From: Planctomycetales bacterium
GTDB taxonomy: Bacteria > 4484-113 > JAFGCY01
Assembly: GCA_022646745.1 (NCBI GenBank)
Contig: CP060262.1
Span: 3,270,001-3,302,000 of the forward strand
Length of the DNA: 32,000 bases
Direction: 5' to 3'
Below are positions 30,414-32,000 of the stretch, piece after piece. The position numbers and the translations under genes are program-made. How positions within the stretch are numbered: the stretch's first letter is position 1; each line of letters starts with the position of its first letter. Under the pieces are notes generated by a model. The model was not told where the DNA came from and searched no databases. It saw only the letters and a program-made list of their open reading frames with translations.

Positions 30414-31391
30414 ATGAGGTTCCTTACAATTTTTGTGCTGTGTCTTGGTCTACTGACTAGTACCGCCATGGCCAATGAGATGGTGGCTTATGACGGTCAT
30501 TCCAACCGTCATGGAGTTAACCCGATTGACGCCGATGACAACCCCTATCAGGGGCAGTACACCGCAGTCGACCGGTGGGCTTTCGAGCACTACGACGAGA
30601 CCATCGGCTGGAACAACTACACCCAGATTCGGGCATCCCTGGTGTTCCCGGAGGTCCTTATCCAGGTAGATGTCAACTTTGACGGCTGGGCAATGCCTGA
30701 GCGGGTACGCCTCGATGACCTCTGGAGCAGACGTTCGACCACCCAGTTTCCGAGGGATTACCGTCCTGAGAACTACGCGTTCTTCGCCCGTGGTGAAATC
30801 TCACCTGACCTGTGGCTGATGTATCAGGACATTCAGGAAGTCGGTACTGCCGAGCAACTTCCAGGAATCCCCACCTGGCTGGCCGCACTCGCTACAGAGC
30901 CGGTGGTCAAGGAAGTTGTATTCCTGCCGAACGGCAACTTCGTAGTTGGCTTCTACAACATCGACGACCAAACATCCGATGCCAACCTCGAAAACATGGA
31001 TACCACTCACTACCTGTATACGGCAGATGGCCAGCGGGTTGTTGACAGCGCTGTTACCGACGGCAACTGGCTTAGCGTGTCATGGAACTTCTCCAGAACC
31101 ATCGACAAACTGGAAGCCCAGTATCCCAAGGTGGACGTATCGTCATCCCCGAAAACTATGTACCTCATAGTTCGGGGGTACATGGGCGCTCTCGACTATG
31201 AGTCACGGGAAATACTTGCCGTATTCGACTGGGACGGCACACAGGTATATGACAAGACCAAGCCTGACCAAGGAATCCTGATTCCTGACACCGGCGGTCA
31301 CCTGACAATCCCTGAGCGCAATTTCAACTACTGTCGCGCTATTGCACCCAGCCTGGTCAAGCAGGCATACGACATCCAGAAGTCCCTGTAG
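30414..31391 (+). CDS. Hypothetical secreted protein
   Basis: The ATG at 30414 is preceded by AAGGAGG; the track starts at 30372. Signal peptide MRFLTIFVLCLGLLTSTAMA. 325 aa with no motif recognised. A strong terminator follows. Confidence 0.7.
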   Translation: MRFLTIFVLCLGLLTSTAMANEMVAYDGHSNRHGVNPIDADDNPYQGQYTAVDRWAFEHYDETIGWNNYTQIRASLVFPEVLIQVDVNFDGWAMPERVRLDDLWSRRSTTQFPRDYRPENYAFFARGEISPDLWLMYQDIQEVGTAEQLPGIPTWLAALATEPVVKEVVFLPNGNFVVGFYNIDDQTSDANLENMDTTHYLYTADGQRVVDSAVTDGNWLSVSWNFSRTIDKLEAQYPKVDVSSSPKTMYLIVRGYMGALDYESREILAVFDWDGTQVYDKTKPDQGILIPDTGGHLTIPERNFNYCRAIAPSLVKQAYDIQKSL

Positions 31392-31416
31392 CACCTGCAC
31401 CTCGCAGTACAACACC

Positions 31417-31447
31417 GCCCCCGGAAATTTCCGGGGGCTTCTTTTTC
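31417..31447 (+). terminator. Rho-independent terminator of the 30414-31391 gene
   Basis: GCCCCCGG-AAATTT-CCGGGGGC followed by TTCTTTTTCG. Confidence 0.85.
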
Positions 31448-31592
31448 GTAGGCGGAACAATTAAGAGGTACCGTCTGTCTATAAGTCTGTGAGCAGTAAC
31501 AAGTACATGACGACCAACAGGAAAAAGCCGAAGCCCTGGCTAATGGCTGATAGCCTGATGTGCGCTCTACTGCTTTCGTCTCACTAAATCGT

Positions 31593-31617
31593 CCCCGGAG
31601 AACCGGGGTATTTTTTT
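31593..31617 (+). terminator. Second rho-independent terminator, closing a short unit with no annotated gene
   Basis: CCCCGG-AGAA-CCGGGG followed by TATTTTTTT. It lies 146 nt after the previous terminator. Confidence 0.75.
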
Positions 31618-31782
31618 GACCAAAATTCAGGAGGTGGGTTTGGCACCAATGGACAGTGAAAGACCTGCCCAGGCGCGGGCAGGCCATGATTGTTGCCGGA
31701 ATGGCAACGGTGCAGTTTAGCAACTTCACCATACACCCTCCGGTTCCACTTATCAAGTTAGGGAGTATCACATACCAAATAC

Positions 31783-31796
31783 GTGGCAATTGCCAC
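31783..31796. promoter_or_regulatory. Perfect 14-bp palindrome GTGGCAATTGCCAC abutting the Shine-Dalgarno of the next gene
   Basis: Self-complementary 14-mer at 31783-31796. AGGAGG is at 31798-31803 and the ATG at 31809. Confidence 0.35.
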
Positions 31797-31808
31797 TAGG
31801 AGGAAAGT

Positions 31809-32000
31809 ATGGAAGTCATTTCCATGAAGGTGTTCGGCCTTCTTGTCTACTCCCTTACCATCGTATCGCTGATCTACGCGATCGGTTCCGCCCAGGTCAT
31901 CGAGCGCATGGCGTGCTTCATCCGCAACCATGCCGGATTCCCCTTCGATGAAGGTGTCAACGATGAGATGGTATTCCAGCGTCAGAGGCTGGATGCCCTC
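31809..32000 (+). CDS. Hypothetical membrane-anchored protein, N-terminal 64 aa only (runs off the window)
   Basis: Not in the ORF track because it is open at the edge. AGGAGG lies 5 nt upstream of the ATG. My translation is MEVISMKVFGLLVYSLTIVSLIYAIGSAQVIERMACFIRNHAGFPFDEGVNDEMVFQRQRLDAL, with one N-terminal TM segment. Confidence 0.5.
   Translation, partial: MEVISMKVFGLLVYSLTIVSLIYAIGSAQVIERMACFIRNHAGFPFDEGVNDEMVFQRQRLDAL

Noticed and set aside
31328-31789. 153-aa minus-strand ORF across the 31.4-31.8 kb intergenic region
   Set aside because: It overlaps the 3' end of the secreted-protein gene and runs through two plus-strand intrinsic terminators. It is Cys/Arg-rich with no motif or SD.
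28900-32000. Calling the whole right end a horizontally acquired genomic island
   Set aside because: Only about 29.2-30.4 kb is visibly AT-rich. The 30414-31391 gene has about 58% GC in a spot count. There is no integrase, flanking direct repeat, or tRNA/tmRNA attachment site.

Overview
This 32-kb window looks like a chromosomal segment from a diderm (Gram-negative-type) bacterium. Spot counts give about 58-60% GC in most genes. All family calls come from motifs I recognised by eye in the supplied translations; no database search was possible.

I saw no rRNA, CRISPR array, transposase, integrase or phage gene.

Gene order:
- sthA (partial, minus strand)
- two hypothetical membrane proteins
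- ligA
- tRNA-His (minus)
- sucC (minus, no sucD next to it)
- a six-gene Cus-type Cu(I)/Ag(I) RND efflux operon (6.8-15.7 kb)
- a minus-strand cluster of pirin, PAP2 phosphatase, membrane protein and lipoprotein
- a 1476-aa S8 serine-peptidase lipoprotein with a dockerin-like module
- an aldo/keto reductase and an SDR, divergently arranged
- a Fur-family (PerR-like) regulator followed by katG
- a DUF2200 gene
- a roughly 600-nt ORF-poor, hairpin-dense region
- several hypothetical exported or membrane proteins with small terminator-bounded units between them

The best candidate for something undescribed is the efflux operon. The position that cusF occupies in E. coli cusCFBA is filled by two genes carrying three NosL-type copper-chaperone modules. 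One of these is fused to a CPxCGM heavy-metal-binding module. The membrane-fusion protein carries two more such modules, and a Cys/His-rich exported protein leads the operon.

Secondary leads:
- a tRNA-His that lacks an encoded G-1 and has A73 and G1:U72
- an unclassified structured region at 28.7-29.2 kb
- a probable ATT start codon on the aldo/keto reductase
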